The notes under the pieces: generated by a model
The model's input: only the letters and a program-made list of their open reading frames with translations
Database searches by the model: none
Told to the model about the DNA's origin: nothing
In this document: one piece after another, positions 58,896-59,018 of the stretch
Position numbering within the stretch: the stretch's first letter is position 1
Layout of the letters: every line of letters begins with the position of its first letter
Position numbers and translations under genes: made by a program
NCBI GenBank assembly: GCA_018649885.1
Contig: JABIHA010000063.1
Location: 1-59,018, forward strand
From: Bacteriovoracaceae bacterium
GTDB lineage: Bacteria > Bdellovibrionota > Bacteriovoracia > Bacteriovoracales > Bacteriovoracaceae
Reading direction: 5' to 3'
Length of the DNA stretch: 59,018 nucleotides

Positions 58896-59018
58896 ACTTT
58901 ACTATTTATTAGCGACACATACTTTACACTATGTGTTTTTCTTAACTACTCGGAAGTTAAAGGGGCTTTCTCCCGATGTGAATTTATATTCTATATCGTC
59001 AATAAATCCTAATTCATA

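Overview
AT-rich bacterial chromosomal segment. Gene content (TIGR02147-like regulator, many lipoproteins and beta-barrels, sigma28-like promoters) suggests a Bdellovibrionota / Bacteriovoracia-like predator; this is inference. The housekeeping backbone includes miaB, gshB, dtd, coaD, an aminotransferase, PhoH, DedA, an MltD-like enzyme, a peroxiredoxin, clpP-clpX-lon, a CDF transporter, topB, tRNA-Val(TAC) and a parvulin. Main non-routine observations: (1) an intact IS91/ISCR-like rolling-circle element at 54.9-56.5 kb, with an orphan diverged copy of its 3' (oriIS-like) end at ~1967-2100 next to an orphan histidine kinase; (2) a 32.7-40.2 kb hotspot where a divergent TIGR02147-like regulator / secreted GGGD-HExxY protein pair sits between perfect 29-bp GC-rich inverted repeats, flanked by a truncated DUF4430-like pseudogene and a synonymously diverged duplicate of a hydrolase 3' end; (3) apparent pseudoenzymes (953-aa N6-MTase-like scaffold, pseudo-histidine kinase, degenerate ECF sigma); (4) REP-like hairpin clusters with strong local G/T strand skew. 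No CRISPR array, rRNA, reverse transcriptase or integrase was seen. Family assignments come from motif recognition by eye, not database searches.
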